Positions 1 to 13,734 are shown, numbered from the stretch's first letter. The stretch is DNA of 64,000 nt from Narcine bancroftii (GCF_036971445.1 NC_091471.1:234422001-234486000), one strand, 5' to 3'. Numbers and translations are program-made. The notes: generated by a model not told the origin, from the sequence alone.

Positions 1-960
1 TCCGGGCTCCTTATCTCCGTGGCAGCTGCCTGCACCTGAGGCAAAGAAAGAAGATGGTTCAGGTCAGCTGGACAGAAAGAGCACCTCACCACCACCCCCC
101 CGAACACTCAGGACAGATCCGAGCTTCCCCCTCCCTTCCCCACCCCTCACTGCTCCTCCCTCCCCACCCTGTCACCCACACATTGCCCTTCCCTCCCCCC
201 ACATTACCCACCCACTCCCCCTACCCCTTCACCCACCCACTTCCCACCCCTCACTCCCCACCGTCACCCACACACTGACTCTCTCCCAACTCCCTCACCC
301 ACCCACTGCCCCTCATCCCCACCCACTCCCCCTAACCCCTCACCCACCCCACCCCTCCCCACTCACTGCCTCTCCCTCCCCACCCTGTTACCCCACACTG
401 CCCCTCTCCTCATTCCATACCCCCCTCAACCACTGCCCCCTCTCCCCACCCCATACCCCCTCAACCACTGCCCCTCCCCCCACCCCATACCCCCTCAACC
501 ACTGCCCCTCCCCCCACCCCCAAACTCTCCCTCCCCACCGATGTTCCCCACTCCTCCCCCTGCCTCATCCTATCTCATCCCTTTCCTCACTCCTATTCTG
601 TTTCCCACTTCCTTCTCCACCCCTGCCCCTTCCCTCACACCGCTTCTCCTTCCTCACTGCTCTTTTCCTCCCCCAACCCCCCTGTCCTATCCCTGCCTCT
701 CTTCACTTCCTTTCCCTCATTCTCCCCTTCCACCCGAACCCTTTTCCTCTTCCCCCTTTCCCTCTTCCACCCTCTTCCTCCTCCCCAACCTGCTTTTCCA
801 GACTCCCACGGAGGCCCCAGGCCCCGATATGTCGGCGGGGCCAGAACGAGGGCTCCTGTCTGAGAGATGCCTTCGCCGTGTCCTGCGACAGACGCCCCCC
901 CCACCCCCCTCCACACTGCAGGCAGAAAGGCCTGCAAAGAGCGGCCGGCACACCATCTGA
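1..960 (+). other. Possible 3' exons of an unidentified gene entering the window (exon ending at 62, exon starting at 802)
   Basis: Donor-like CAG|GTCAGC (GT at 63-64) and acceptor-like CTGCTTTTCCAG| (ending 801) bracket a C-rich tract. Two frames read through the join, but neither peptide is recognisable. Minus-strand splice-like signals near 36 and 1174 also exist, so the strand is ambiguous. Confidence 0.25.
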
Positions 961-1229
961 ACCACAAGATTGACCACTGAACATCATGGCTGAGACTTGG
1001 GGGCCCTATGAGTTTATGCTGAACCATATTTCCACCCAATTCCACTGACCTGCACCCTGAACCCCACCCGTCCACATTCCTCTTAAATTGAGCCTGAATT
1101 CGCAGCCTCAGCTCGTTCTGCAACCCCCCCACCTCACTCTCTGGTCCCCCAATCCTTCCCCCTTTCACCCTTACCCCGTGCCCACGTGGTTAGTGTCGCA
1201 CCATCCTCGCTGGGAAAAAGCCCAGCTAA

Positions 1230-1429
1230 NNNNNNNNNNNNNNNNNNNNNNNNNNNNNNNNNNNNNNNNNNNNNNNNNNNNNNNNNNNNNNNNNNNNNNN
1301 NNNNNNNNNNNNNNNNNNNNNNNNNNNNNNNNNNNNNNNNNNNNNNNNNNNNNNNNNNNNNNNNNNNNNNNNNNNNNNNNNNNNNNNNNNNNNNNNNNNN
1401 NNNNNNNNNNNNNNNNNNNNNNNNNNNNN
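1230..1429. other. Assembly gap (200 N)
   Basis: Run of N. Confidence 0.99.
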
Positions 1430-1857
1430 TGTGGGAGAGAGGAAGGAAGAGGGGAGGGAGGAGGGGTAGAGGGTAAGGGGTGGAGGAGAGAGAACAAAGG
1501 AGGACAGGGAAAGCAGGGGGTAGAGGGAGGGGAGACAGAGGAAGATAGAGGTAGGGGAAGGGATGAGTGGGAGGATAGGGAAGGTAGAGTGAGGGGTGAC
1601 TTAAGGGAAGAGTTGGGGAGAGAAGCAGGAGGGAGGGAGGGGAGAGATAGGAGGAGAGGGAAAGGAAGGATGGTGAGAGAGGGAGGAGGAGAGTAATGGA
1701 GGAAGGGGAGTGAGGCAGATCAGGGCAGAGAAGGAGGTGGAGGGAAGGTGAGATGGGAGAAGTAGTGAGGAAGTGCGTGATGAAGGTGGGGGAAGGAGGG
1801 AGATGGAGGAAGAGCCAGTGAGAGTAAGAGTCAGAGGGAGGAGGAGAGGGATAGGGA

Positions 1858-2320
1858 ATGATGCCGCCAGCCAGAATGCTCTCCAAGGTTCACTTGTAGA
1901 GGTTTTCGAGAATCTTTGGTGACAGGCTGAATCTTCTCAGTCATCTCACAAAGTCTCACTGCTGGCATCAACGTGGAGGCTCCTGGACCGATCCTTGGAG
2001 ACAGTGACCCCCCCCCCCCAGGAATTTGGAGTCCTTGACTCTCTCCACTGCCGAGTCCTCGACAAGAACTGGGTGGTGTCCTCCAACTCCCTCCTGATGT
2101 CCACAATCATCTCCTTGGTTTTGCTGATGTTGAGAGGAAGGTTGTTGTTGTGATCCCATTCAATGAGCTGATCCACCTCCCTCCTGTACTCTTCCTTGTC
2201 GCCTTCTGTGTCTCTGCCGACAACTGTGGTGTCATCGGCAAACTTGTAGATAGTATTGTGCCCTGTCACACAGTCGTGGGTATAGAGCAAGTAGTGCAGT
2301 GGGGTAAGCATTGCATCCTT
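1858..2320 (-). mobile_element. Rex1/Babar-type non-LTR retrotransposon RT fragment
   Basis: ORF 1946-2311: LYTHDC...KFADDTTVVG...NNLPLNISKTKEMIVD, typical Rex1-type RT motifs; degenerate. Confidence 0.85.
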
Positions 2321-2519
2321 GAGGCGCGTCTCAGCGTCCGATCCTCCAGAGAGAAGGACCTGAAAATTTCCAACCCTCTCCCCAATTCACCTCTTCCCTG
2401 TGGGCCTGTGCTCCTCCCCCTCATTCCCACCATTTTAATCTTCCAGGTGCCTATGTTTTGCTTTTACTTGACAAAGGGAATCAGGCCCAAATCATTGGTT
2501 AATGTCTCTTTATCTCAGT

Positions 2520-2735
2520 AAGCTTGCAGATGATATTAAAGTTGGAGGTGTTGTGGGTAGTGTTGAAGGCTGTAGAAGGATAAGGACAGGATGCAGAGAA
2601 GTGACAGATGGAGTTCAATCCTGGTAAGTGTGAAGTGATGCATTTTGGAAGGTCAAACTAGACGGCTGATAATGGTCCATTATTTAACAGTGTGGATGAA
2701 CAGAGGGACCTTGGTGTCCAAATCCATCCATCCTT
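2520..2735 (+). mobile_element. CR1 LINE fragment, left part (split by an L1 insertion)
   Basis: ADD-K-GG and QMEFNP-KCEVMHFG-like sequence; resumes at 11548 after the duplication ATCCATCCATCCTT. Confidence 0.8.
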
Positions 2736-3540
2736 TATTTATTTATTTTGTTTTATTTCTCTTTTTTTTTAAACTTTATTTAAAGATTTTATCACAGGAA
2801 GAAAAAGAAAAATTACATTTAAAGAAAAAAAACAAAATAAAATAATATGATTACAATACATTAATAACCTAACTTAATTCAACCTAACCCCCCCACATAT
2901 ACAAGAACTAAAAAAAAATCTATATAAAAAAACCCACCCTTCCCCTCCCCAAAATAAAGAATGAAGAATTAGTAAAATTAATAATATATCTTAAAAAATC
3001 ACACACAAAGAAAAAGAAAAATATGACAAAAATAATTTTAAAAAAAGATTTATCAAATCTAAAATATCACATCTAGGAACATACTTAAATCAAACTTAAT
3101 TGCATATACTTAACAAATGGAGTCCACTTCAACTTATAAAAAGACATCTTATTTTGAATTGAAAAAGATATCCTTTCCATAATTAAACAAGACTTCATCT
3201 CTAAATACCACCTATCTAAAGTTAGTATATTTCTATCTTTCCAAGTAGATGCTATACATTTCTTGGCCACTGCTAAAGCTAAATAGATAAAAGAAATCTG
3301 ATAATCATTTATCATAAATCAATTAATGATTGCTTATTCCCTAATAAAAATATATCAGGATCTAATACAACACAAATATTATATAATTAAATATAGATTG
3401 AATACCTTTCCAAAACTGTGGCAATCGGTCACAAGACCAAACAGTATGTAAAAAAGTACTAGCTATCTGATAACAACGAAAACAACAATCTGACTTACTA
3501 AGACCAAATTTTTAAAATTTTTTTGCTGTTAGATATAATT

Positions 3541-6241
3541 TTTTTTTTGATCAAGATACATACATTTTTCTTTTCAAATATATACAGTGTTGTTTTCTCC
3601 CCCCCTTCCCTCCTCCCCTCCCTCACTCTCTCACCTCCCCTCCCACTTATTTAAAGTTCAGAATATAAGATACATTAAACCCTTTAAACAATGTTGTCAC
3701 TCAATAAAAATAAACAAGAAATTCCACTGAGTCAGTTCTTTTCATTATCTTCTCCTTCTGTCATTTTAGGTGGTAGATGTCCACGGTAGGTTTTCTCTAT
3801 TGTGTTTCATGTATGGCTCCCATATTTGTTCAAATATTGTAATGTTATTTCTTAAATTGTATGTTATTTTTTCTAATGGAATACATTTATTCATTTCTAT
3901 ATACCATTGTTGTATTCTCAAATTATCTTCTAATTTCCAGGTTGACATAATACATTTTTTTGCTACAGCTAGGGCTATCATAACAAATCTTTTTTGTGCT
4001 CCATCCAAATCAAGTCCAAATTCTTTGTTTTTTATATTACTTAGGAGGAAGATCTCTGGGTTTTTTGGTATATTGCTTTTTGTGATTTTATTTAGTATCT
4101 GGTTTAGATCTTCCCAAAATTTTTTCACTTTCTCACATGTCCAGATTGCATGAACTGTTGTTCCCGTTTTCTTTTGACAGCGAAAACATCTGTCTGATAC
4201 TGTTGGGTCCCATTTATTTAACTTTTGAGGTGTAATGTATAGCCTGTATATCCAGTTATATTGTATCATATGTAACCTCGTGTTTATTGTATTTTTTATG
4301 GTTCTGGAGCATAGCTTCTCCCATGTTTCATTCTTTATCTTTATGCTTAGATCTTGTTCCCATTTTTGTTTGGTTTTACCATTTGTTTCCTCGTTCTCCT
4401 TTTCTTGTAGTTTAATATACATGTTTGTTATAAATTTTTTGATGATCATTGTGTCTGTAATCACATATAATCACAAATGGCGTGAAGCAAGGCTGCGTTC
4501 TGGCACCAACCCTCTTTTCAATCTTCTTCAGCATGATGCTGAACCAAGCCATGAAAGACCCCAACAATGAAGACGCTGTTTACATCCGGTACCGCACGGA
4601 TGGCAGTCTCTTCAATCTGAGGCGCCTGCAAGCTCACACCAAGACACAAGAGAAACTTGTCCGTGAACTACTCTTTGCAGACGATGCTGCTTTAGTTGCC
4701 CATTCAGAGCCAGCTCTTCAGCGCTTGACGTCCTGCTTTGCGGAAACTGCCAAAATGTTTGACCTGGAAGTCAGCCTGAAGAAAACTGAGGTCCTCCATC
4801 AGCCAGCTCCCCACCATGATTACCAGCCCCCCCACATCTCCATCGGGCACACAAAACTCAAAACGGTCAACCAGTTTACCTATCTCGGCTGCACCATTTC
4901 ATCAGATGCAAGGATCGACAATGAGATAGACAACAGACTCGCCAAGGCAAATAGCGCCTTTGGAAGACTACACTAAGGAGTCTGGAAAAACAACCAACTG
5001 AAAAACCTCACAAAGATAAGCATATACAGAGCCGTTGTCATACCCACACTCCTGTTCGGCTCCGAATCATGGGTCCTCTACCGGCACCACCTACGGCTCC
5101 TAGAACGCTTCCACCAGCGTTGTCTCCGCTCCATCCTCAACATCCATTGGAGCGCTTACATCCCTAACGTCGAAGTACTCGAGATGGCAGAGGTCGACAG
5201 CATCGAGTCCACGCTGCTGAAGATCCAGCTGCGCTGGATGGGTCACGTCTCCAGAATGGAGGACCATCGCCTTCCCAAGATCGTGTTATATGGCGAGCTC
5301 TCCACTGGCCACCGTGACAGAGGTGCACCAAAGAAAAGGTACAAGGACTGCCTAAAGAAATCTCTTGGTGCCTGCCACATTGACCACCGCCAGTGGGCTG
5401 ATATCGCCTCAAACCGTGCATCTTGGCACCTCACAGTTTGGCGGGCAGCAACCTTCTTTGAAGAAGACCGCAGAGCCTACCTCACTGACAAAAGGCAAAG
5501 GAGGAAAAACCCAACACCCAACCCCAACCAACCATTTTTCCCCTGCAACCGCTGCAATCGTGTCTGCCTGTCCCGCATCGGACTTGTCAGCCACAAACGA
5601 GCCTGCAGCTGACGTGGACTTTTACCCCCTCCATAAATCTTCGTCCGCGAAGCCAAGCCAAAGAAGAATCACATATTCAAAATTACTTCCTTCCGGTAAC
5701 CTTAGACTGTTTCCCAATTTGTCCTTCAAGTAGGATTTCAGTTGGTAGTATGCCAACATTGTATCATAAGTTATAACCAATAAACTATTATCCTTCAATT
5801 GTTCAAAGGATAATAGTTTATTTCCTGAAAAACAATTTTCTATTCTTTTGATCCCTTTTTTCTCCCATTCTCTAAAGGAAAGGTTATCTATTTATAAAAG
5901 GGATTAGATGATTTTGCGTTAGTATTAGGTTTGGTAGTTGGTAATTTGTTTTATTCCTTTCTACATGAATCTTCTTCCAAATGTTGAGCAGATGATGCAA
6001 TACCGGAGAATTCCTACGTTGTACCAATTTTTCATCCCATTTATATAATATATGTTCAGGTATCTTCTCCCCTATTTTATCTAGCTCTAATCTAGTCCAA
6101 TCTGGCTTTTCCCTTGTTTGATAAAAATCTGATAGGTATCTTAATTGTGCTGCTCTATAATAATTTTTAAAGTTTGGTAGTTGTAAGCCTCCTTGTTTAT
6201 ACCATTCTGTTAATTTATCTAGTGCTATCCTCGGTTTCCCC
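3541..6241 (-). mobile_element. 5'-truncated L1 (family B) nested in ORF2 of L1-A
   Basis: 15-bp TSD CTGTTAGATATAATT at 3526-3540 and 6242-6256. ORF 3766-4464 encodes the L1 ORF2 C-terminus (CFRC...HAIWTC). T-tract at the left end. Confidence 0.92.
4469..5666 (+). mobile_element. 5'-truncated RTE-clade LINE nested in L1-B
   Basis: KQGCVLAPTLF, LLFADDAAL, C-terminal CNRC...SHKRAC. One in-frame stop at 4974-4976. AAG-type tail. 10-bp TSD AATCACATAT at 4459-4468 and 5667-5676. Confidence 0.95.
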
Positions 6242-9200
6242 CTGTTAGATATAATTGATGTATAAAATTATAATTAATCATCACTAATCTAGCATTAATC
6301 AATTTCCGAATACTATTTTGACAAATTTCCATCCAGGCTTCTTCAGCTATTGTAGAACCTAAATCCTTTTCCCATTTCAACTTATCTTTATCCCAATCTT
6401 TCTTACTTTCAATTTCTTGTAAAATACAATACAAATCAGATATATGTCTTTTTTCTGGTATTGAAAGTACATATTTCTCAAAACTAGTTTCGGGCAATAA
6501 AGTCATTTGACGACCACATACCTGTTTTACAAATGATCTTAACTGATAATATGCAAATACAGAATTTCCACTAATACCAAATTTCTTTTGTAATTCCTCA
6601 AAAGAACAAAAATGTCTTTCAAAAAAACAATCAGATAAATTTTTTATTCCTTTCCTTTCCCATTGTTTCAAAGTGATATTGGAGACCGTAAAAGGAACAA
6701 GTTGATTATTATATAATGGCAATCGCCCAGACCATTTATTTTTAAGCCCCATTTTATCAAGTTTACTCGTCCATAGATTCAATAAATGTTTCAATATTGG
6801 TACATCATAAGTTCGTAACAAATTTTTATTCCATCGAAACAAAAATTCATGTGGAGATTTTTCTAAAATAACTGCCAGTTCTATCTTTGCCCAACTGGGC
6901 GGATCCTCCATATTCATTAATGCACTAAGAAATTTAAATTGAGCTACCTCATAATATTATTGAAAATTAGGTAATCTCAAACCTCCAAATTGAAAGTCCC
7001 ACATCAATATTTTCATTGCTACCCTCGGAAATTTCCCCTTCCATAAAAATTCTCTAACTGCTTTATATAAATCCTTAAAAAAACTTTAAAAAAAAAATAA
7101 GGAATTGATTGAAACAAATATTGCATCCGAGGAAAAATATTCATTTTTATAGTATTAATCCTCCCCAATAAACCTAAAGGTAAGTCCTTCCACCTAATCA
7201 AATCTAGTTTAATCTTTTTTATTAAAGGAAGGTAATTAATTGAATATAGATCTTGATATTCTGTATTAACGTTAATTCCCAAATATTTCATTTGTTTTGT
7301 CCACTTCAATTTCGTAATATTTTTATAAATCGAATAATCATCTTTACAAATTGACAAAATTTCACTTTTAGCCCAATTTACCTTATAGCCAGATAATTGA
7401 CCATAAATTTCTAAAGATTCTTGAATTGCTGGTAAGGAAATATCAGGATCTACCAGCTTTAATAAAACATAATCTGCAAATAAATTAATCTTATATTCCT
7501 CATTCAAAACTCTCATACCCTTAACATTTTCATTTTGACGTATTAACTGTGCCAAAGGTTCAATAACTATAGCAAATAAAGCAGGTGACAATGGACATCC
7601 TTGTCTAGTAGACCTTGTTAAATCAAAAGATTCTGAAATCTGTCCATTAGTAGCAACTCTAGCCTTCGGACTATTATATAAAGCTTTTATCAATCCAATA
7701 AACAAAGAACCAAAACAAAATTTCTCAAGTACTTTAAATAAAAAATTCCATTCCACTCTATCAAAAGCCTTTTCTGCATCTAGTGAGACCACTATTGGAT
7801 AATTCATTTGAGATTTAAATTTATTTATCAAAGTAATTAATCGCAAAATATTATCAGACGCATATCTGTTTTTTATAAATCCTGTTTGATCTTTATGTAT
7901 TATTTTAGGTAAATATTGAGCCAATCTATTAGCCATAACTTTAGCCACAATTTTATAATCTACATTTAACAACGATATTGGTCGATAAGAAGAAACCTGT
8001 AAAGGATCTTTATCTTTTTTTGGTATAACCATAATTATTGCATTAGAACAAGATTCAGGTAATTGAAAAGTTTTATAAATTTGCTATAGTACATAATTAT
8101 AAATAGAAGATATATCAACATAAAAAGTTGTATAAAATTCTATAGAGAACCCGACTTCACCAGGTGCCTTTCCATTTGGCATATCTCTTATAGCCATTTC
8201 AATTTCATTCTCTGTAAAAGATTTATCCAACACTTGTCTATCTTCTTGATTCAACTGTGGCAAGTTAATATTTTTCAAAAAAGAATCTATTGCATCTTCA
8301 TTTACATCTTTACACTCAGATGTATATAGTTTTTTATAAAAATTACAAAATTCCTCATTAATTTCTTTTTGTCTAAAAGTAATACCCGATTTTTTTCTAA
8401 TTGCTGGTATAATCCTAGATAATTGTTCTTTTTTTAACTGCCATGATAAAACTTTATGAGCTTTCTCACTCCATTCATAAAACTTATGTTTAGTTCGATT
8501 CATTAAACATTCAAATCGATATGTTTGTAATTCATTATACTTTAATTTTAAATTAGTTAACTGATTCTTTTGCATTTCAGTAGCATTTTTTTGAAATTCT
8601 TTTTTCACTAACAGTTATCTTTTTCTCTAAATCTTCAATCTCTCTAATTCTCTCTTTCTTTACTTTAGATGCATAGCTAATAATTTGACCTCGTAAAAAA
8701 GCTTTCATTGTGTCCCATAAAACAAAATGACTAGAAACAGAATTAGCATTATTACTAATAAAATCCTCAATTTGTTTTTTTAAATAACTAATAAATTCTG
8801 GTTTTTGTAATAACATAGTGTTAAATCTCCATCTTGGCGTTCTCTGAACATCTTGTGAACTCTGATATTCTAATAATAATAATAATGAATGATCTGAAAC
8901 CAACCTTGCCTTATAATCCACAGATATAATCTTATCCTGCAAATGTGTTGAAATTAAAAAATAATCAATTCTTGAAAAGGAATTATGACGTGAAGAATAA
9001 AAAGAAAAATCTTTCTCTGTAGGATTAAGTCTTCGCCAAATATCAACTAAGTTCAAATCTTTCATCATATTAGTCACTTGTACTGCCATCTTAGATTTCT
9101 TAATTACTCTTGGATACTTGTCCAATAAAGGCTCCAATACCACATTTAAATCTCCCCCAATCATCACATTGGAATTTGTTTGTCCAAGTAATAAAGACAC

Positions 9201-11547
9201 ATCTACAATAAAAGCTGTATCTTCAACATTTGGAGCATAAACATCAAGCAGAGTCCAAGCCTCATTAAGAATTGTACAATTCAATTTTAATGATCTTCCT
9301 CCATTTTTCTCTTCATTCTGTAACTGAAATGGTAAATTCTTATGTACCAGAATTGCCACTCCTTTCGCCTTTGAATTAAATGAAGAATAGAAAACTTGTC
9401 CAACCCATTCACATTTAAGTTTCAAATGTTCCTTATCTGTTAAATGAATTTCCTGCAAAGAAGCCACATCAACTTTTAATTTTTTAAGTAAGCAAGTACT
9501 TTCTTACGCTTAATATGATTATTTAAACCCTGAACATTAAGAGAGGCAAACTTAAGTTTAGACATTACTTAGAATAACACAAAGAAAAAGAGGAGAGAAA
9601 AAAAAGAAAAGAGAAAAAAAAGAAAAAAAAAAGAAAAACACCCCCTTCCCTTATGCCCTCCTAAAACTACAAAAATTTTTTTAAATAATTAAAAAAAACT
9701 TCACTCCTTAATCCAAAAATTGATTAAAAAAAAGAACAGGTAGGAGGTTACAACCACCTCCTCCTGTCTCAACCGCGCAATGCGGTAACTCCCACAAAAT
9801 ATTGGATGTGAGATAACTCACACGTAGCTGATGACTTCTGGAAAATGATGCACACCCAGCTCCCTCTCCAAACTCCCGTTTCACATTAAACTATCATCAT
9901 TATCTGAAATCTTCTCAGAATTTTTTTTTTAATCAACTTTGTCACTCCGACCACCATTGCTTCCATTTCTTCTTGGAATTCGGTTCCCATCTTGCGTCTC
10001 CACTCTTCTTGGAGACCGTGGTGGACTACGTCGTTCCTGAAATTGCGTAATTGGCAGTAATTGAGCAAAATCCATAGCTTCCTTAGGATTATAAAAAAAT
10101 TTTGGTGATAACCATCTTGAAAAATCTTCAATACTGCAGGATGTTGCTTTATATCCTTTTTTCCACAACACTTCTTTCACAGGATTAAATTCACGTCGTT
10201 GAGACATAACTTCTTGACTCAAATCCGGATAGAAAAAACACGATTGTTCTGAACCATCAGGGGAGATCCTCTTTGTTGTGCATTTCTTATAGCCACACGC
10301 AAAATTGTCTCTCTATCATAATAATTTAAACAACGAACCAAAACAGGTCTTGGATTTTGTCCTGGAAAAGGCTTTCTTCTCAAAGCTCTATGAGCACATT
10401 CCAATATGATGCCTTCCGGAAACTTATCTTGTCCTAACACTTGTGGAATCCATTCAGTGAAGAATTTTCTTGGATCTGATCCTTCCATATGTTCTGGCAA
10501 ACCAACAATTTTTATATTATTCTGTCTAGATTGATTCTCCAAATAATCAACCTTTTTCAGCAAATTTTTATTCTGAATTTGTAAAATTTCAATTGTTTTA
10601 TTTACATCTTGTATTTGGTCTCGTACCTCAACTTTGCCTTGATCACAACCATCAAGTCTTTCACTCGTTTCAAGCTTAAAAGCTCCATAATCAACCATCT
10701 GTTGAGTATTAATATCCACCAAAGTATTAAGCTTTGTATTAACCTGAACTAAAGCCTTACCTATTTCTTTTATTGTAGAGGATAACTTAGATTCAAGATT
10801 CTTAATAAGCATATCTACTGGAATAGATTCAGGCACAGTAGGATCTTGCAGTTTCTGTATAGCAAAAGGGTCTTCTATTTCCTTTGGTTTAACTGCTTTT
10901 CTTATAGTATGACTATGTGTGGAAACCCCTGCCACAACCTCCTCAGCAGTATCTGGAGGCTGATGGCCAGGGTTATCCTTAACCCATATTATATCAAATG
11001 CCTTCATTACATCGATGTCTGTTGAAGTCTTCATTACTGGAGGTGCATTTTGCAGCACCACCGCTACATCAATCGGTAAGCGTCTTTTCAAAGACGGGTC
11101 TTCAGCTGGCAGCGTCCCAGCTGTTCTAGCTGTCAAAGATTCACTGACAGCGCTCACAGCGGGCGTTGATTCACGCGCACACACCTGGGCAGCCCTTTAT
11201 TCTAAGGGCTGCCGGGCGCCATCTTTTAAGAGCCCTGCCGATAAAGAGCGGAGCTCCGTTGCTGAATCTTGTACCTCTCTTCCTGGATCCTTTCCACGCT
11301 GAGTCCTGGCTTCTTGTAAACAGGTAGGCTCAGATAACTTCGGGAAATGCAGTTTCTTAACAATCTGTTGCCGTTTTTTTTTTACTTCTTTTCAGCAGTT
11401 ATACCATTAGAAACTAATTCAACACCTCTAACTATTTCTAAACTTTTAAAAAGTTTTAACGGGCACTTATAGACAAAACAATAACAAAGAGTCAGGAGAG
11501 GACTGGAAGGCACGTCTGTTCCTTACGCCATCTTGCCACGCCCCCCC

Positions 11548-11870
11548 ATCCATCCATCCTTCAAGGTTGCCACACAGGTTGACAGAGTAGTTCACAAGAC
11601 CTATGGATGCTGGGCTTCATTAATAGGGGGATTGAGTCAGAAGTCGAGAGGCCGTGCTGCTACCATACAAATCCATGGTGAGACCCCACTTGGGAGTATT
11701 GGGTTCAGTTCTGGTCACCTCATTGGAAGAAGGATATGGACGGTGTTGAGAGGGGGCAGAGGAGATTCACCAGGATGTTGTCTGGATTGGGAAACAAGTC
11801 TTTATGAGGCAAGGTTGGCAGAGCTGGGTCTTTTCTCTTTGGAGCGTAGAAGGATGAGAGGAGACTTGAG
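11548..11870 (+). mobile_element. CR1 LINE fragment, right part
   Basis: LAELGLFSLERRRMRGDL motif; continues the fragment at 2520-2735. Confidence 0.85.
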
Positions 11871-12029
11871 ATTTCTTTCTCAGCCTCCACCAGTCGCAGT
11901 CGACCTGGGTACTGCGCCTCTGGTAGTCAGTGGTTTGTTTAGTAGCATCGACTGACTATGGAGGCCGATTGATCCTGGAAAGGTAGGATCTGCCACGCTT
12001 GCTGAATATGTAGGGCATCATTGAATTGT

Positions 12030-12390
12030 TTGCTTGGCTCTCCTCTCCTCAAACTGACTCATGATCACTCTCTCATCTTGCTTCAGGTGTGGATGAAGAG
12101 TCCCTCATGGTCCTCTGCGACGTCACACCATTTTGTGTTGATTTTTAAGGCTTTCATGTCGCGCTCGCCAAGCTGGGGGTGGGGGGGGGGAGGGGTGTCC
12201 CTACTAGAAAATCCACCGGGGGAGAGAATTTTGGACTTTTGTCTCTCCAGGTGATGCCGAGGATGTGGCGAAGGCCGGGCGGGTGAAGACTGTTGAGATT
12301 CTTTTCCATCTTGGTGTAGGTGGTCCAAGTCTCACTACCCTGCAGGAAGGTAACGCATGCGCGGCACACCGCAGCCTTCGTCTTTGAGAT
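12030..12390 (-). mobile_element. Old RTE-like LINE fragment
   Basis: TKAAVCRACV...GSETWTTY...LRHILGITWRDK. Confidence 0.65.
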
Positions 12391-12684
12391 TATGAAGTGC
12401 TGGAGAAACTCAGATGGTGCAGCAAGCACCTATGGGAGGTAAAGATATATTACTGACATTTTGGACCTCAGCCCTTCGTCAAGGGAGAAACAATGTACAG
12501 GAAGGCATTGGAATAAAGACTGCTGGGGAAGAGTCCAGACCAACAAAGAGTGTTAATTGGATGTGATAAGAGGAGAGGTGAGAATGATTTTGGCTCTGTG
12601 AGACAAAGGGAACAAGAGAGAGAGACAGACAAAGCGGGGGAAGATGAACAGGAGGGAGGCGGGGGGTTCTAACGGACTCCGGAT

Positions 12685-13490
12685 TTCAGATTTATTGTCA
12701 GAATACATACATGGCATCACATTCCTTTTTCCCACGGGTGGGACAGAATTATCACTAATGAGTCATGCAAAAAAAAGACTCAGCATAAAACATGTAAACA
12801 GGTAACAAATGTAAACAAACTGTGTGCAATACAGAGAGAGCAAAGAAAATCAACAAAGTGCACCTGTTAGAGTCCTTAAATGGGTCTCTGATTGAGTTTG
12901 TCATTGAGTGTAATGGCGGTTTAACTGCTTTTCTTATAGTATGACTATGTGTGGAAACCCCACTGTTCCTGAACCCGGTGGTGTGAGTCTTGTGGCCCCT
13001 TGACCTCTTTCTCTGATGGCAGCAGAGAGAACACAGCAAGTGCTGGGTGGTGAGGGTTCAGTTCTCCAACGGCAGCATTCCCCGTAGGTGCTTTTGATAG
13101 TGGGAAGGGTTTTGCCTGTGATGTCCCGGGCTGCCTCCACTACTTTTTGGAGGGCTTTACATTCAGGGGTATTGGTGTTTCCACACCAGACCATGATGTA
13201 CCCGGTCAGTACACTTTCCACCATCCCTCTGTAGAAATTCGCCAGGGGTTCCGGTGTCAAACCAAACCTCCACAAAAGGCGCGGCACTGACGTGCTTTCT
13301 TCATGATACTTATAGTGTGTTGGGTCCAGGAAAGACTCTCTGAGATGGTGACTCCCAAGAACCTAAATGTGTTCACCCTCCCACCTCTGATTCCCCCAAT
13401 GATCACTGGATCGTTCACCTCCGGCTTTCCCTTCCTGAAGTTAACCATCAGCTCCTTGGTTTTGGTGACATTGAGTGCAAAGTTGTTTAA
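12685..13490 (-). mobile_element. Rex1/Babar-type fragment with 3' tail
   Basis: FYRGMVESVLTGYIMVWCGN and FRFLGVTISESLSWTQH. A second tail piece on + at ~13490-13715. Confidence 0.8.
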
Positions 13491-13734
13491 GGACTCTTGA
13501 CTTGTGCATTTTATTGATTTTCTTTGTTCTCTCTGTATTGCACAGTCAATTTCTTTACATTTGTTATCTGTTTACAGTTCTTTGTTTGTTTATGTGTTTA
13601 CGCTGTGTACAGTTTATTTTTTGCACTACTAATTAGTGGGAATGAGCAAGATAAAGGAATCTCAGGGTTGTACGTGATGTCATGTACATACTCTGACAAT
13701 AAATCTGAAATCTGACTGGACGTATCTTGAAATG

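Larger units (their letters stand above)
2736..11547 (-). mobile_element. Full-length but decayed L1 (family A): 5'UTR, ORF1, ORF2 (APE endonuclease + RT), A-rich tail
   Basis: 14-bp TSD ATCCATCCATCCTT at 2722-2735 and 11548-11561. 5' end GGGGGGGCGTGGCAAGATGGCG (YY1-like). ORF1 ~9929-11400 (LENQSRQNNIKIVGLPE). ORF2 from ATG at 9565: EN (LQEIH, GGDLN, SRIDY), RT (YRPISLLNVDYK, DAEKAFDRVEW, TRQGCPLSP), ending at 3085. Several frameshifts. Confidence 0.95.

Noticed and set aside
1134-1886. ORFs spanning the first gap
   Set aside because: Low-complexity purine tract plus Ns.
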